A stretch of 64,000 nucleotides of DNA from a candidate division Zixibacteria bacterium RBG_16_53_22 (GCA_001775395.1 MEWP01000069.1:16114-80113); one strand, 5' to 3'. Shown: positions 26,832-37,078, counted from the stretch's first letter. The notes: generated by a model not told the origin, from the letters alone. A program made the numbers and translations.

Positions 26832-28004
26832 ATGGTCCGCAAGATTCTTCTCATATCAAGAGCCATTGCATTCTGCCTGTGCGCAGGTCTGCTTCTGATC
26901 CGCTGTGAAGCGGCGAGCAAAGACAGCACCGAGGGCGCTCCCATAAGAATCGGAGTCGTGCTTTCGCTAAGCGGCGAGAGATCGACCTATGGAAAGGACT
27001 GCCTGAAAGGCATCAACATGGCCCTCGACCTCGCCAATGATATGGGGGGTATCAAGGGAAGAAAAGTCGAATTAGTCGTGCGGGATGACAACTCATCGGT
27101 CGTCAAGACAATGCAAGCGACACAGGATCTGAGCCAGAGCCCTTCGGTGCTGGCGGTTCTCGGGGGGACCGGAAGCAAGCTGGCTCTGGCGGGCGCCAGT
27201 ATAGCCCAGGAACTAAAGATCGCTTTCATGACTCCACTGGCGACAAACACCGATGTGACGGATATCGGTACTTATATCTCGAGAATTTGTTTCAGCGATT
27301 CATATCAGGGACCGGCCCTGGCCGATTATTCATTCAAATTCCTGAAACTGAAGTCAGCCGGCATAATATTCAATCCCGAGGATGAGTATTCTCTGGGCCT
27401 CGCGACATCATTTAAGAGACACTATATGGAAATTGGCGGCGAAGTGCTTCTGGAAATTTTTCAATCGCCTGCAGAATCAGATTCCGCCATGATCATCAGA
27501 GCCATAATGAACAAGAAGCCCGATGCCATATATATGCCCGGATATCACGCCGAGGCGGCAAATTTGGCCGTGCTGTTGAAGCACAGCGGCATGAATGTCG
27601 CAATGCTTGGAAGCGACGGCTGGGAATCCCCCGAGTTTCTGGAAAAGACGTCCCCCATTCTTACCGACACCGACCGGGTTTATATCACAACACATTTTTC
27701 TCCGGATGATAATCATCCGTTGGTACAGCGCTTCGTTGCCGATTATAAGGGGCTGTACGGCGAGCTGCCGACAGCCCCCGCGGCTCTGGGTTACGATGCC
27801 GCCGGTGTGCTTTGCGAGGCTCTGCGACGGACTCCCCAGCTGGAACGCCGCGCCATCTCGGAATCAATCAACTCCATCAGCGATTTCGAGGGCGTTACGG
27901 GAAACATCACAATAGATGAAAAAAGAAATGCCGTCAAGGATGTAGTGATCCTCAAGGCCTACGGGGGCCGGTTTGTATTTGAGACCACTACCAGGATAAG
28001 ATAA
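26832..28004 (+). CDS. LivJ/LivK-type periplasmic substrate-binding protein
   Basis: IRIGVVLSLSG, GINMALD...GGIKGRKVELVVRDD, ALGYDA, FEGVTGNI; no ABC permease or ATPase nearby. Confidence 0.88.
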   Translation: MVRKILLISRAIAFCLCAGLLLIRCEAASKDSTEGAPIRIGVVLSLSGERSTYGKDCLKGINMALDLANDMGGIKGRKVELVVRDDNSSVVKTMQATQDLSQSPSVLAVLGGTGSKLALAGASIAQELKIAFMTPLATNTDVTDIGTYISRICFSDSYQGPALADYSFKFLKLKSAGIIFNPEDEYSLGLATSFKRHYMEIGGEVLLEIFQSPAESDSAMIIRAIMNKKPDAIYMPGYHAEAANLAVLLKHSGMNVAMLGSDGWESPEFLEKTSPILTDTDRVYITTHFSPDDNHPLVQRFVADYKGLYGELPTAPAALGYDAAGVLCEALRRTPQLERRAISESINSISDFEGVTGNITIDEKRNAVKDVVILKAYGGRFVFETTTRIR

Positions 28005-28027
28005 TAATTTTGGGAAAGGAGACCGTT

Positions 28028-29344
28028 ATGGGACTCCAAGCCATTATCTGCCCGCTCGTTTGCCTGATAACTGTGACAACCCGGGCAAACGGCGAAAACA
28101 GCAATCCGGCATTCTATGGTATATCAACTTATTCTTATACATCAAGCGAAGTCTGCGCCCGGTGTCATAAAGATATCTATGATTTGTGGGAAAATTCCAT
28201 GCACGCCAAAAGCGTCGACGACCCGGTCTTCGTGGCCGATTTCATCATGGTTCAACTGGCGCGCGGCTCCGATATCAAGGCCTACTGCCTGAGTTGTCAC
28301 GCCCCCACCACCAGCTTAACAAAGGATTATGATCTTAGAAACGGAATTTCCAGCGAGGGTGTGACATGTGATTTCTGTCACTCGGTCAGCGCCCTGGGCA
28401 CCTCCCCGGAGCAGGCCTATTATACTCTGGACCCGGGCCAGATGAAATACGGGCCTTTTCGCGATGCTTCTTCACCGGCTCATGAGACTGCATATTCGGA
28501 AAACCACACCAAATCCGAATTCTGTGCCGGATGCCATGAACTGGTGAACAAGCATGGCGTGGCCGTGATGGCTACTTACAGCGAGTGGAAGAATAGCGCT
28601 TATGCCAAGGAAGGTATACAGTGCCAGAATTGCCACATGCCGATAACATACAACCTGAATGTCGTCGACAAGGTTGTAAAGGAGTCCGACCATTTTCTCA
28701 CGGCCCATGAATTCCGCGGAGGACATTCCCTGATAAACCTTCAGCATTCCTCAACAATAGAAACCGAGGTCACCCGGAATGGAAATGTTGCCAAAGTGAT
28801 AACAAGGGTGACGAATTCAGAATCCGGTCACAAGTTGCCAACCGGCACGCCGGGAAGGAAAGTGATACTCAATACGAAGATTCTGGACAAGGGCGGAAAC
28901 CTGCTGGCCGAGGTGAACAAAGTTTACAGGAAAGTACTGGTGGACGATAACGGCGTCATCATCGAGGATAACGCCGGCATGATTCTCGATGCGGCGCAGA
29001 TTTTCAGCGACAATCGTATCGCTCCCAAGGAAACCAGAATTGAGACTTTCGAATTTGACGTGCCCGATGCCATCGATTATTTCACCGTGCAAAATACGCT
29101 TCAATACGAATTTTCCAGGCCTGTCCTCAAGACGGAAAAGGTCGTTTTTCAGATGGCGCAGGATGTGATAGATGTCAAGGGTGATCACGCATATGCCAAG
29201 GCGCTCATGCTGTCAGGGGAAAATTCGCGGACATGGGGTGTGATTATTTCGCTCGGGGTGATCGTATTGAGCCTCCTGGCGTTCTCATTTTTCGAGAGAA
29301 AAAAATGGGGCGCCCGGGAAGAAATCAACAAAGCCACCCCCTAA
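28028..29344 (+). CDS. pentaheme c554/c-552-like multiheme cytochrome with C-terminal TM anchor
   Basis: AAGGAG RBS; signal peptide; CARCH, CLSCH, CDFCH, CAGCH, CQNCH; GHKLPTG; C-terminal hydrophobic helix. Confidence 0.85.
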   Translation: MGLQAIICPLVCLITVTTRANGENSNPAFYGISTYSYTSSEVCARCHKDIYDLWENSMHAKSVDDPVFVADFIMVQLARGSDIKAYCLSCHAPTTSLTKDYDLRNGISSEGVTCDFCHSVSALGTSPEQAYYTLDPGQMKYGPFRDASSPAHETAYSENHTKSEFCAGCHELVNKHGVAVMATYSEWKNSAYAKEGIQCQNCHMPITYNLNVVDKVVKESDHFLTAHEFRGGHSLINLQHSSTIETEVTRNGNVAKVITRVTNSESGHKLPTGTPGRKVILNTKILDKGGNLLAEVNKVYRKVLVDDNGVIIEDNAGMILDAAQIFSDNRIAPKETRIETFEFDVPDAIDYFTVQNTLQYEFSRPVLKTEKVVFQMAQDVIDVKGDHAYAKALMLSGENSRTWGVIISLGVIVLSLLAFSFFERKKWGAREEINKATP

Positions 29345-29494
29345 GATCGCAGGCGATCAATTTCCCGGCACCGATAATCATGCCCGGCATCGGCAAAAGA
29401 TCCGGGGGCCATTCACCACAACCACATAGGGCGGTCTAGAGACCGCCCTATGGCATCCTATGAGCAAGGCAGCAAAACGAAAGGAGAAAAAGAC

Positions 29495-30376
29495 ATGACG
29501 ATTCGGGATCTTCAATTCAACGTATTCACGTTGATCTTCGCTGGATTACTTCTATTTGGCGCGGTTGGATGCGGTGAAGATAAGAACGGGACATCCCCGC
29601 CTGCCGACCCGGCTGGCTACATCAATGCCGACGGAATGAGAGGCGGCAGGCTTTACGACGAGTTCTGGGCGACCGAGACCGGATGGAGTCAGTCAGATAC
29701 CAATCTGGCTACCTACGACAGCCATTCCGATTTCTTCCGATGCAAGCAATGTCATGGGTGGGATCTTCTCGGCAGCACGGGCGCCTACATCTCACGCGCA
29801 CCCAGAATGACCCGTCCGAATGTTTCATCCCTGAACCTTCGCTCAATCGCCGCCAGTAGGACGCCTCAGGAGCTTTTCGATGCTCTGAAGCGTTCGAACG
29901 GCAGACGCGCTATCAGCGCGGATCTGTCGACTTACGATCCGGGCACGAATCCCACAATTGGCGACCAGATGCCCGACTACGGCACCATCTTCACCGATGA
30001 ACAGATCTGGGATCTGGTCCGGTTCTTGAAACTTGATGCAATTGATATTTCCATACTCTACGATTTCCAAACGACGGGAACCTACCCAACCGGCTCGATC
30101 ACGTTTTCCAACATCGGCGAAGACGGGAACGCGAGCAGTGGAGACTCAATCTTTGCAGCAAAGTGTGTGGGTTGTCATGGAGCGGATGGTGCTGAGTTTT
30201 TGGTCGACGGTGGAAGTTACACGGTCGGTAGGCATCTGCGCGAAAAACCGAATGAAGATCAGCACAAAATAAAATTCGGGCAACTCGGATCTATTATGGG
30301 CAGCCAGGTTACCGATGAAAATGAGATGAAGGATCTCTATAGGGCCCTCACGGATCAAACCAGGTATCCCGATTAG
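29495..30376 (+). CDS. di-heme cytochrome c lipoprotein
   Basis: AAGGAG RBS; AVG-C lipobox; GGRLYDEFW...FRCKQCHGWD and CVGCH. Confidence 0.82.
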   Translation: MTIRDLQFNVFTLIFAGLLLFGAVGCGEDKNGTSPPADPAGYINADGMRGGRLYDEFWATETGWSQSDTNLATYDSHSDFFRCKQCHGWDLLGSTGAYISRAPRMTRPNVSSLNLRSIAASRTPQELFDALKRSNGRRAISADLSTYDPGTNPTIGDQMPDYGTIFTDEQIWDLVRFLKLDAIDISILYDFQTTGTYPTGSITFSNIGEDGNASSGDSIFAAKCVGCHGADGAEFLVDGGSYTVGRHLREKPNEDQHKIKFGQLGSIMGSQVTDENEMKDLYRALTDQTRYPD

Positions 30377-30892
30377 CGGTAGGCTTGGGTCATCTCCAGG
30401 GTCTATTTTTTCCAAGGGCGACAGCACCGAATCTGTCGCTGAATCCCGCGACTATCCATTAGAAGATGGTCGCGGGTTAATAGCACCTCGCAGACAAAGG
30501 CACTTTCAGGATCGTCAAAATAACTCTATGCAATTGTCAGGTGTGGTCAAATAAAATGAGGTTGCGAAATCAAATACTATCTTTTAATTTGTTATAACAG
30601 TTGTCCAGGAAATTCTGACGACGCAGATTTCGTATGTAGTTGAATTTGCCTAAATAAAAAACCCTCCGGACCCTGCTATTCCAGGCGGATCAAAGGGACT
30701 CTACGGCATGGGAAGCAATTCCATGACTTGCCGGTTTGCCACAGGAATCCGATTTTCGAAATCACTTATCATGATCTCTGCAAAGATACCCTAATGAAAG
30801 AAGAACAGCAAAATTTAAATGATCGATTTACCGCGGCGATCCTTATTGCCAGCGACAGGGCAAGCGAAGGAGTTCGTCCAGATGCCACCGGG

Positions 30893-30944
30893 CCGGCTCT
30901 TAATTCAAACTCTCCTTCTGTCCAAATTCCTCTGAACCGAAACA
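30893..30944 (-). mobile_element. orphan IS3-family left end (copy 5)
   Basis: TGTTTCGGTTCAGAGGAATTTGGACAGAAGGAGAGTTTGAATTAAGAGCCGG; its terminus abuts the truncated acyl-CoA dehydrogenase exactly. Confidence 0.75.
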
Positions 30945-31487
30945 CCCAAGGGGAATCTTCTGGGCGTCGAAGGTGAGGGATTCAAGATTGCCATGCTCTG
31001 CCTGGAGCATGGGCGATACACCGTGGCCTCCGGATCGACCGGGTTGATCCGCGCCTGCGTTGATGCCTCTGTACAGTATTCACACGCCAGGAAGACATTC
31101 GAGGTCCCCATCGGCGAGCATCAGCTTGTTAAGGAAATGATTGCCGGGATGGCGGCAGGCTACGAGTTCTCACGTCTCCTCTGGCTCAAGGCCGGTTGGC
31201 TTCGCAATACAGGGAAACGCGCCACCAGGGAAACCGCCCTGGCCAAGTGGATTGCCTGTGAGCAGGCCGAGAAGGCCGCCGCCGAAGCTGTGCAGGTGCA
31301 TGGAGCTTATGGATTTTCGGATGAATTCCCGGTCGAAAGATTCTACAGAAACTCCAAAGGCGCCTCGATTTATGAAGGAACCCGCGAGATTCAAAAACTC
31401 ATGCAGGCCGATTATGCCCTCGGTTTCCGTCAGGATAAGCCCCGCCGACATAACCTGCCCCCCTGGCCCTTCGGCAATGATGTTTAG
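30945..31487 (+). pseudogene. acyl-CoA dehydrogenase, C-terminal fragment (5' part lost at the IS end)
   Basis: PKGNLLGVEGEGFKIAM...AVQVHGAYGFSDEFPVERFYRNSKGASIYEGTREIQ; the reading frame begins at the base after the IS terminus. Confidence 0.88.
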
Positions 31488-31670
31488 GCTCGGACTTCAT
31501 CTAATTTTATCATAATCAGACAAAGATCATATTTGATATGCGCCGCTTTGTCGCAAAAGGCAGTGTAGCTGGGGATGTGAAAAATACTTGCAAATAGCAA
31601 TGGTATTAATTATCAATTCGCAACAGGCAATTAAATTTCCGGCTACCGGCAGTGGAGATTAATTAAAAAC

Positions 31671-32816
31671 GTGATAGAGATTCCCAAGCGCATCAAAAAT
31701 TTGATACCATATAAGGCGGGTAAGCCGATTTCCGAATTGGCCGGAGAAAAGAAGTTGGGAAAAATCGTAAGGCTTGCCTCCAACGAAAATCCTCTTGGTC
31801 CATCACCAAAAGCCATGCAAGCTATCAGGGAAAATATCTCCTGGGCGCATCTTTATACCGATCCAGCCTCGGCTGAATTGGTCGAGGCAATTGCAGAAAA
31901 GTACGGCAAGAAATCAGATCAAATAATATGCGGCCATGGGATCGATGCATTGTTGGCCGATATAATTATTGCTTTCACCGAAGAAAGCGATGAAGTTTTA
32001 TGCTTCAACGGGTCATTCATTGGAATATATGTCAACGCCAGGAAGCTTGGCCGAAAATTGTCTCTGCTTGAGCTGAAAGATTACGAATTGGATTTAAGCG
32101 CCATCCCGGAAAATATTTCCCCTCAAACCCGAATCATTTACCTGGCAAATCCCAATAATCCAACAGGCAGCATCTTTTCCAGGAGTCAATTCGAGATTTT
32201 GATGTCACGAATTCCGCAGGAAATTCTGGTGATTTTGGATGAAGCTTATGCGGAGTATGCATTGTCTTATTGCCCCGATTTTCCAACAGGGTTGAATTAT
32301 GATTATGAGAATTTAATTGTTGCCAGATCATTTTCCAAATTCCATGGGTTGGCGGGCCTTCGCATTGGATTTGTGTTTGGTCCCGAACGCCTTGTCAAGG
32401 AACTCTATAAAGTCAGACTGCCCTTTGAGCCGAATTTTCTTGCCCAGAAGGCGGCCATTGCGGCATTGGACGATAATGAATTTATGGCCAGGACGCTTGC
32501 GGCAAACAAGGAGTCGCTGGATCTGATGATTTCAAGATTTAATGAACTGGGAATAAGGCTCCTGCCGACTTATGCCAATTTTCTACTTTTGGTGATGCCG
32601 AGCGAAGAGTTTGCCCGGACATTTTATGAAGAATGTCTAAACAATGGTCTGATCCTCAGGCATGTCAAACCCTTCGGTATGCCCAACGGAATCAGGATCA
32701 GTTCAGGCTCCAAAGATGAAACATTGTTTGCTCTGAAGATAATCGAAGAGGTCTATCAAAACATGACGAATTCGTTATGCGAGGAGACCGTCATACAATC
32801 CGAGGACAATATTTAG
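31671..32816 (+). CDS. hisC: HisC-family PLP aminotransferase (histidinol-phosphate/aromatic amino acid transaminase)
   Basis: LASNENPLGPS, ANPNNPTG, LDEAY, RSFSKFHGLAGLRIG; no other his genes nearby. Confidence 0.85.
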   Translation: MIEIPKRIKNLIPYKAGKPISELAGEKKLGKIVRLASNENPLGPSPKAMQAIRENISWAHLYTDPASAELVEAIAEKYGKKSDQIICGHGIDALLADIIIAFTEESDEVLCFNGSFIGIYVNARKLGRKLSLLELKDYELDLSAIPENISPQTRIIYLANPNNPTGSIFSRSQFEILMSRIPQEILVILDEAYAEYALSYCPDFPTGLNYDYENLIVARSFSKFHGLAGLRIGFVFGPERLVKELYKVRLPFEPNFLAQKAAIAALDDNEFMARTLAANKESLDLMISRFNELGIRLLPTYANFLLLVMPSEEFARTFYEECLNNGLILRHVKPFGMPNGIRISSGSKDETLFALKIIEEVYQNMTNSLCEETVIQSEDNI

Positions 32817-32840
32817 CCCTTATTATATGGTAATGAGAAA

Positions 32841-33875
32841 ATGATTTTGCCCCGTTTCGATGTGCTTGTGCCCGAGTCATTAGAGGAAGCTCTTGAAATG
32901 CTTGGGGAGCACGCCGATAAGGGTGTCAGGATTTTGGCGGGAGGAACCGATCTTCTTGTTGATCTTAGGAGACCGATTATTCCAGTGCACGTCCCTCGCT
33001 GCGACGGCTGTGCCAAGCATCCCGGGGGTATGGTATACTCGACCATCGATTGTGAGTTATGGTTATCGGAGCCAACCGCTCACGCCGGGGGATCGCTACG
33101 GAATGCTCTGCAAGATTCCCGGAGGATTTCTCCGCAATATTTGATTTCACTGCATTTGCTAAGAGAACTTAAAGGCATCAAAAGGCTTGATAACGGCAGT
33201 TTATATATTGGGGCCACAACAACCATAAGGGAAATTGCACATTCAGAGAAGGTACGTAGGTGCTGGACGGCCCTTGCAGAGGGGGCCGACAATCTGGGCA
33301 GCCCTCTTGTTCGCAACAGGGGCACTTTAGGCGGCAACATCGCCAATGCCCGCCCCGCCGCCGATATGTTTGTGCCGACAATTGGCCTTAATGGAATATT
33401 AAAATTACAGAGCCTTGGTGGCGAGCGTCTTCTTCCTGCCAGAGATTTTGCAAGTGGGCCTGGTCTTACAGTCATCGAACCCCTTGAAATACTAACGGCT
33501 GTTATATATCCCGCCCCGCTTTCCTATTCAGGAAGTTCCTATTATAAGCTTGCCAATCGAAAAGCGCTCGAGATTTCCACGGTCGGCGTATCGGTTTCGT
33601 TGACGCTGGAAGCGCCTGACGGCCCCATCACGGACGTACGGGTTGCCTTGGGTGCTGTCGGTCCCACTCCGATTTTGGCAGAGTCTGCAAAAGGCATCCT
33701 CCTCGGAGAAACTCCCGATGAGCCTCTTTTCAAGAAGGCCGCGCAGGCAATCAGAAAAGATGCGCGTCCCATTGATGATCATCGTGGTTCCGCCTGGTAT
33801 CGTTCAAATATGGTCCAACTCCTTTCGGAACGCCTCTTGAAAATCGCTTATATTCGGGCCAAGCGAAATAAATGA
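32841..33875 (+). CDS. xanthine-dehydrogenase-family FAD subunit (positional HcrB analogue) with a Cys-containing insertion
   Basis: AGGTDL, RNRGTLGGNIANA and DDHRGSAWYR motifs. Confidence 0.88.
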   Translation: MILPRFDVLVPESLEEALEMLGEHADKGVRILAGGTDLLVDLRRPIIPVHVPRCDGCAKHPGGMVYSTIDCELWLSEPTAHAGGSLRNALQDSRRISPQYLISLHLLRELKGIKRLDNGSLYIGATTTIREIAHSEKVRRCWTALAEGADNLGSPLVRNRGTLGGNIANARPAADMFVPTIGLNGILKLQSLGGERLLPARDFASGPGLTVIEPLEILTAVIYPAPLSYSGSSYYKLANRKALEISTVGVSVSLTLEAPDGPITDVRVALGAVGPTPILAESAKGILLGETPDEPLFKKAAQAIRKDARPIDDHRGSAWYRSNMVQLLSERLLKIAYIRAKRNK

Positions 33876-34348
33876 AGAAACTAATTTCCCTGAATGTGAA
33901 CGGAATTGCTCATGAATTGGCGGTCGAGCCTCGCCGCACGCTGCTTGAGCTTTTGCGTGAGGATTTGGGCCTCACCGGCACAAAAAAAGGCTGTGGAATA
34001 GGAGATTGTGGCGCCTGCACAGTTTTGGTTGACGGGGTTGCCACATTCAGTTGTTTGACACTGGCTATTCAGGTCAACGGCTGTTCGGTGGAGACGGTAG
34101 AGGGACTGACCAAGGATGGCAAATTAAGCCGCCTGCAACAAGCCTTCGTTGATCACGGGGCAATTCAATGCGGTTATTGCACGCCGGGGATGCTCATGAC
34201 AACCACCGAGCTATTGAGGCGGAATCAACATCCGAAGGAGCAGGAAATCAGGAAGGCAATCTCGGGCAATCTTTGCCGTTGCACCGGATATCAGAAGATT
34301 GTCGAGGCTATTCAAGAGGTTGCTCGGAGTGAGAATGAAGAAATATAG
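33872..34348 (+). CDS. xanthine-dehydrogenase-family [2Fe-2S] subunit (HcrC/CoxS-like)
   Basis: GCGIGDCGACTV, QCGYC, GNLCRCTGY. Confidence 0.92.
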   Translation: MKKLISLNVNGIAHELAVEPRRTLLELLREDLGLTGTKKGCGIGDCGACTVLVDGVATFSCLTLAIQVNGCSVETVEGLTKDGKLSRLQQAFVDHGAIQCGYCTPGMLMTTTELLRRNQHPKEQEIRKAISGNLCRCTGYQKIVEAIQEVARSENEEI

Positions 34349-36719
34349 CATACTTAACAGCCGTGTTCCCCGAGTCGACGCTGTCGATAAAGTTACGGGC
34401 AAGGCGCTCTATACCGATGACATCAAGATGCCCGGCATTCTGATTGGCGCTATCTTGCATAGCCCATTGGCCCATGCCAGAATATTAAATATTGATACAT
34501 CGTTGGCGGAACGGCTGCCGGGCGTAAAAGCAGTCGTAACACATCGCGAGGCGGGGACAACTCCTTACGGGGTTAGCCCGGCCCGATATGATGAGACCAT
34601 ATTCTGTCATGACAAGGTGCGATATGTGGGCGACGAGATAGCGGCGGTGGCTGCGATTGATCTTGACACTGCCTTGGAGGCGGTGAGCCTCATCAAAGTT
34701 GATTTCGAAGAGTTGCCGGTGGTTTTGGATGGCCGCCGGGCCATGGAAGAAGGCCGTCCTTTGCTTCATGACATATATAAAAATAACATTTGCGCCGAGG
34801 TCCACTGGCATTTTGGCGATATCGAGCAAGGCAAAAAGGAATCCTATATAGTACGCACCGATCATCTGACCAGCAAAATGCAGGACGCTGCCTTTTTAGA
34901 GCCGCAGAGCGTGATTGCCGAAGTCGATTCCCATGGCAATTTGACGATGTGGAGCTCAACCCAGGCGCCGCACTATATCCAGCGAACTTTAGCCATGGCC
35001 CTCAACATTCCTTTGCATAAGGTGCGGGTAATCAAGCCCGCAGTCGGTGGTGGATTCGGCCCCAAGGCCTCCTGCTCCACGGCCGAGCTGGCCACATGCC
35101 TGCTTGCCATAAAGACCGGCAAGCCGGTGAAGCTCACGTTTGACCGCGAGCAGGTTTTTCTGCATTCGCGTGCCCGTCATCAGTTCTTCCATACTATGAC
35201 CACGGGAGTGAAAAAAGACGGGACGCTGGCCTTTTTGGATCATCAATGTATCCTTGATGGCGGAGCATACGCCAGTTTCGGCATCGCCACGATCTACTAC
35301 GCCGGTTCGCTTTTGGGGGGACCATACCGGCTGAAGAATATGAAATATGACGGCTACCGGGTTGTCACGAATAAGCCTGCTTGCGGAGCCCAGCGCGGAC
35401 ATGGTGCCGTAATTGCCCGGGCGTTGTTCGAGGTGCAACTTGACCGTATTGCCGAGGAGTTGGGGACCGATCCTATTGAGCTTCGGCTAAAAAATGTCAT
35501 GGAGGCCGGGGAGACTACCTGTAATGAGCTTTTTGTTTCAAGTTTCGGAATGCGGGAAGCGCTTGAGGCGGTCCGCGATTCGGCGGCCTGGAAGAAGAAG
35601 CGTTCATTGAGTGGAAAAACGCGCGGCCAGGGCAGGGGAATCGGTGCTGCCTGCGGTTTCTTTGTCTCGGGGGCAGGCTATCCGATTTACCGGTCCCGAA
35701 CCTATCACTGCACAGTGGTGACAAAGGTCGACGATGTCGGCGGTGGTGTGACAGTATCATCAGGTGCCGCAGACATCGGCCAGGGTTCAGATACGGTGCT
35801 TGCCATGATTACCGCCGAGGAATTAGGCCTGCCGCTTGATGATGTCAAGGTGATATCAGGTGATTCCAATCTCAGCGTGGATTTGGGCGCCTATTCCAGC
35901 CGCACCACTCTTATGACAGGCGCCGCCTGCCGCGATGCCGCCAGGGATGTAAAGCGTCAAATCCTCGAGGCCATAGCCGGAGTTCTCTGTGTGCCTCCTG
36001 AAACGCTTGACCTGAAAGACGGCAAAGTCGAAAGCCTAAGTGGCGAATTGGATTTTTCAAAAATTCGCGAAGAATACCTTCGGGAACATAAGGGTTTTAT
36101 AGACCTTCCTAATGAGTTATGTCTGACCTTTCGGGAAGCAAGCCGAATTGCCTTCCTCGAACGAGGCAGCATCGTGGGAGTGGGCATGTATCGTCCTCCT
36201 CCATTGGGTGGCTCATTCAAGGGGGCAACAGTTGGCACTTCACCTGCTTTTGGATGTTCAGCGCAGGTGGCCGAGGTTTCAGTTGACCTGGGGACCGGAG
36301 AAATTACGGTGGAAAATATCACCGGAGCGCACGATTGCGGTTTCGCCATAAATCGCACACAGGTCGAGGGGCAGATGCAAGGCTCGATGATGATGGGAAT
36401 GGGCGAGGCCCTTATGGAACAGATAATATATGATAAGAAGGGTCGCATTGTAAACGCCAACCTCGCCGAATATAAAATCCCGACCGCAATGGATATGCCG
36501 CATCTTGAGGCGATCATTGTCGAATCCAATGAACCTCATGGACCTTATGGGGCGAAGGAAGTCGGCGAAGGGGCGATAATGCCAGTCATTCCTTCCATTC
36601 TCAACGCCGTTTACGATGCCACCGGCGTGCGCATCGAGGAGTTGCCTCTCACTCCAGAACGGTTGGTGGCAGCAATGGAAGAAGCAAAGAAAAAGCCATC
36701 CCTCCAAGAGAATCCTTAA
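34335..36719 (+). CDS. hcrA: Mo-binding large subunit, 4-hydroxybenzoyl-CoA reductase alpha-like
   Basis: CGAQRGHG, FFVSG, GAADIGQGS, GAYSSR and GPYGAKEVGEG resemble HcrA as I recall it; adjacent to bcr genes. Substrate unproven. Confidence 0.72.
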   Translation: MKKYSILNSRVPRVDAVDKVTGKALYTDDIKMPGILIGAILHSPLAHARILNIDTSLAERLPGVKAVVTHREAGTTPYGVSPARYDETIFCHDKVRYVGDEIAAVAAIDLDTALEAVSLIKVDFEELPVVLDGRRAMEEGRPLLHDIYKNNICAEVHWHFGDIEQGKKESYIVRTDHLTSKMQDAAFLEPQSVIAEVDSHGNLTMWSSTQAPHYIQRTLAMALNIPLHKVRVIKPAVGGGFGPKASCSTAELATCLLAIKTGKPVKLTFDREQVFLHSRARHQFFHTMTTGVKKDGTLAFLDHQCILDGGAYASFGIATIYYAGSLLGGPYRLKNMKYDGYRVVTNKPACGAQRGHGAVIARALFEVQLDRIAEELGTDPIELRLKNVMEAGETTCNELFVSSFGMREALEAVRDSAAWKKKRSLSGKTRGQGRGIGAACGFFVSGAGYPIYRSRTYHCTVVTKVDDVGGGVTVSSGAADIGQGSDTVLAMITAEELGLPLDDVKVISGDSNLSVDLGAYSSRTTLMTGAACRDAARDVKRQILEAIAGVLCVPPETLDLKDGKVESLSGELDFSKIREEYLREHKGFIDLPNELCLTFREASRIAFLERGSIVGVGMYRPPPLGGSFKGATVGTSPAFGCSAQVAEVSVDLGTGEITVENITGAHDCGFAINRTQVEGQMQGSMMMGMGEALMEQIIYDKKGRIVNANLAEYKIPTAMDMPHLEAIIVESNEPHGPYGAKEVGEGAIMPVIPSILNAVYDATGVRIEELPLTPERLVAAMEEAKKKPSLQENP

Positions 36720-37078
36720 AATTTTGCGTTGGAATCGACATCAAACATGGCCGAGCCGATATAAGGCTTCCTAATATTTGTGCTGACTTGTCCTAAATAA
36801 TTCTCTGACGCAAATTAGCTTGACACCGCCGTTGCTAATAGTTTTATTTACTGTTAAGTGCTACAGGACTCCCTGAAGTCGGTAAAGCTCGCTTTCCGTA
36901 GGGTTTTTTCGAGGGGATAGGGATGAATACACCGTGATAATTTACACGGAGTGAAGTGCAGAATGAGAATCATTCGATTTCCATTTGTGGCAGGCCTTTC
37001 TTGTGGGCATAAATGCATCGCGCTATCTATTCTTGATGGCTGGGCGCATTTGTCGGGAATGCCGTCTTTTCATCCTAA

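Noticed and set aside
30650-30760. c-di-GMP-I riboswitch on the minus strand (GGCAAACC followed by a terminator-like hairpin)
   Set aside because: The GAAA tetraloop stem and the GGGACGCAAAGC junction are absent, and no downstream gene lies on that strand.
36820-36850. sigma70 promoter for bcrC (TTGACA at 36820)
   Set aside because: Perfect -35 box but no convincing -10 box at 16-18 nt spacing.
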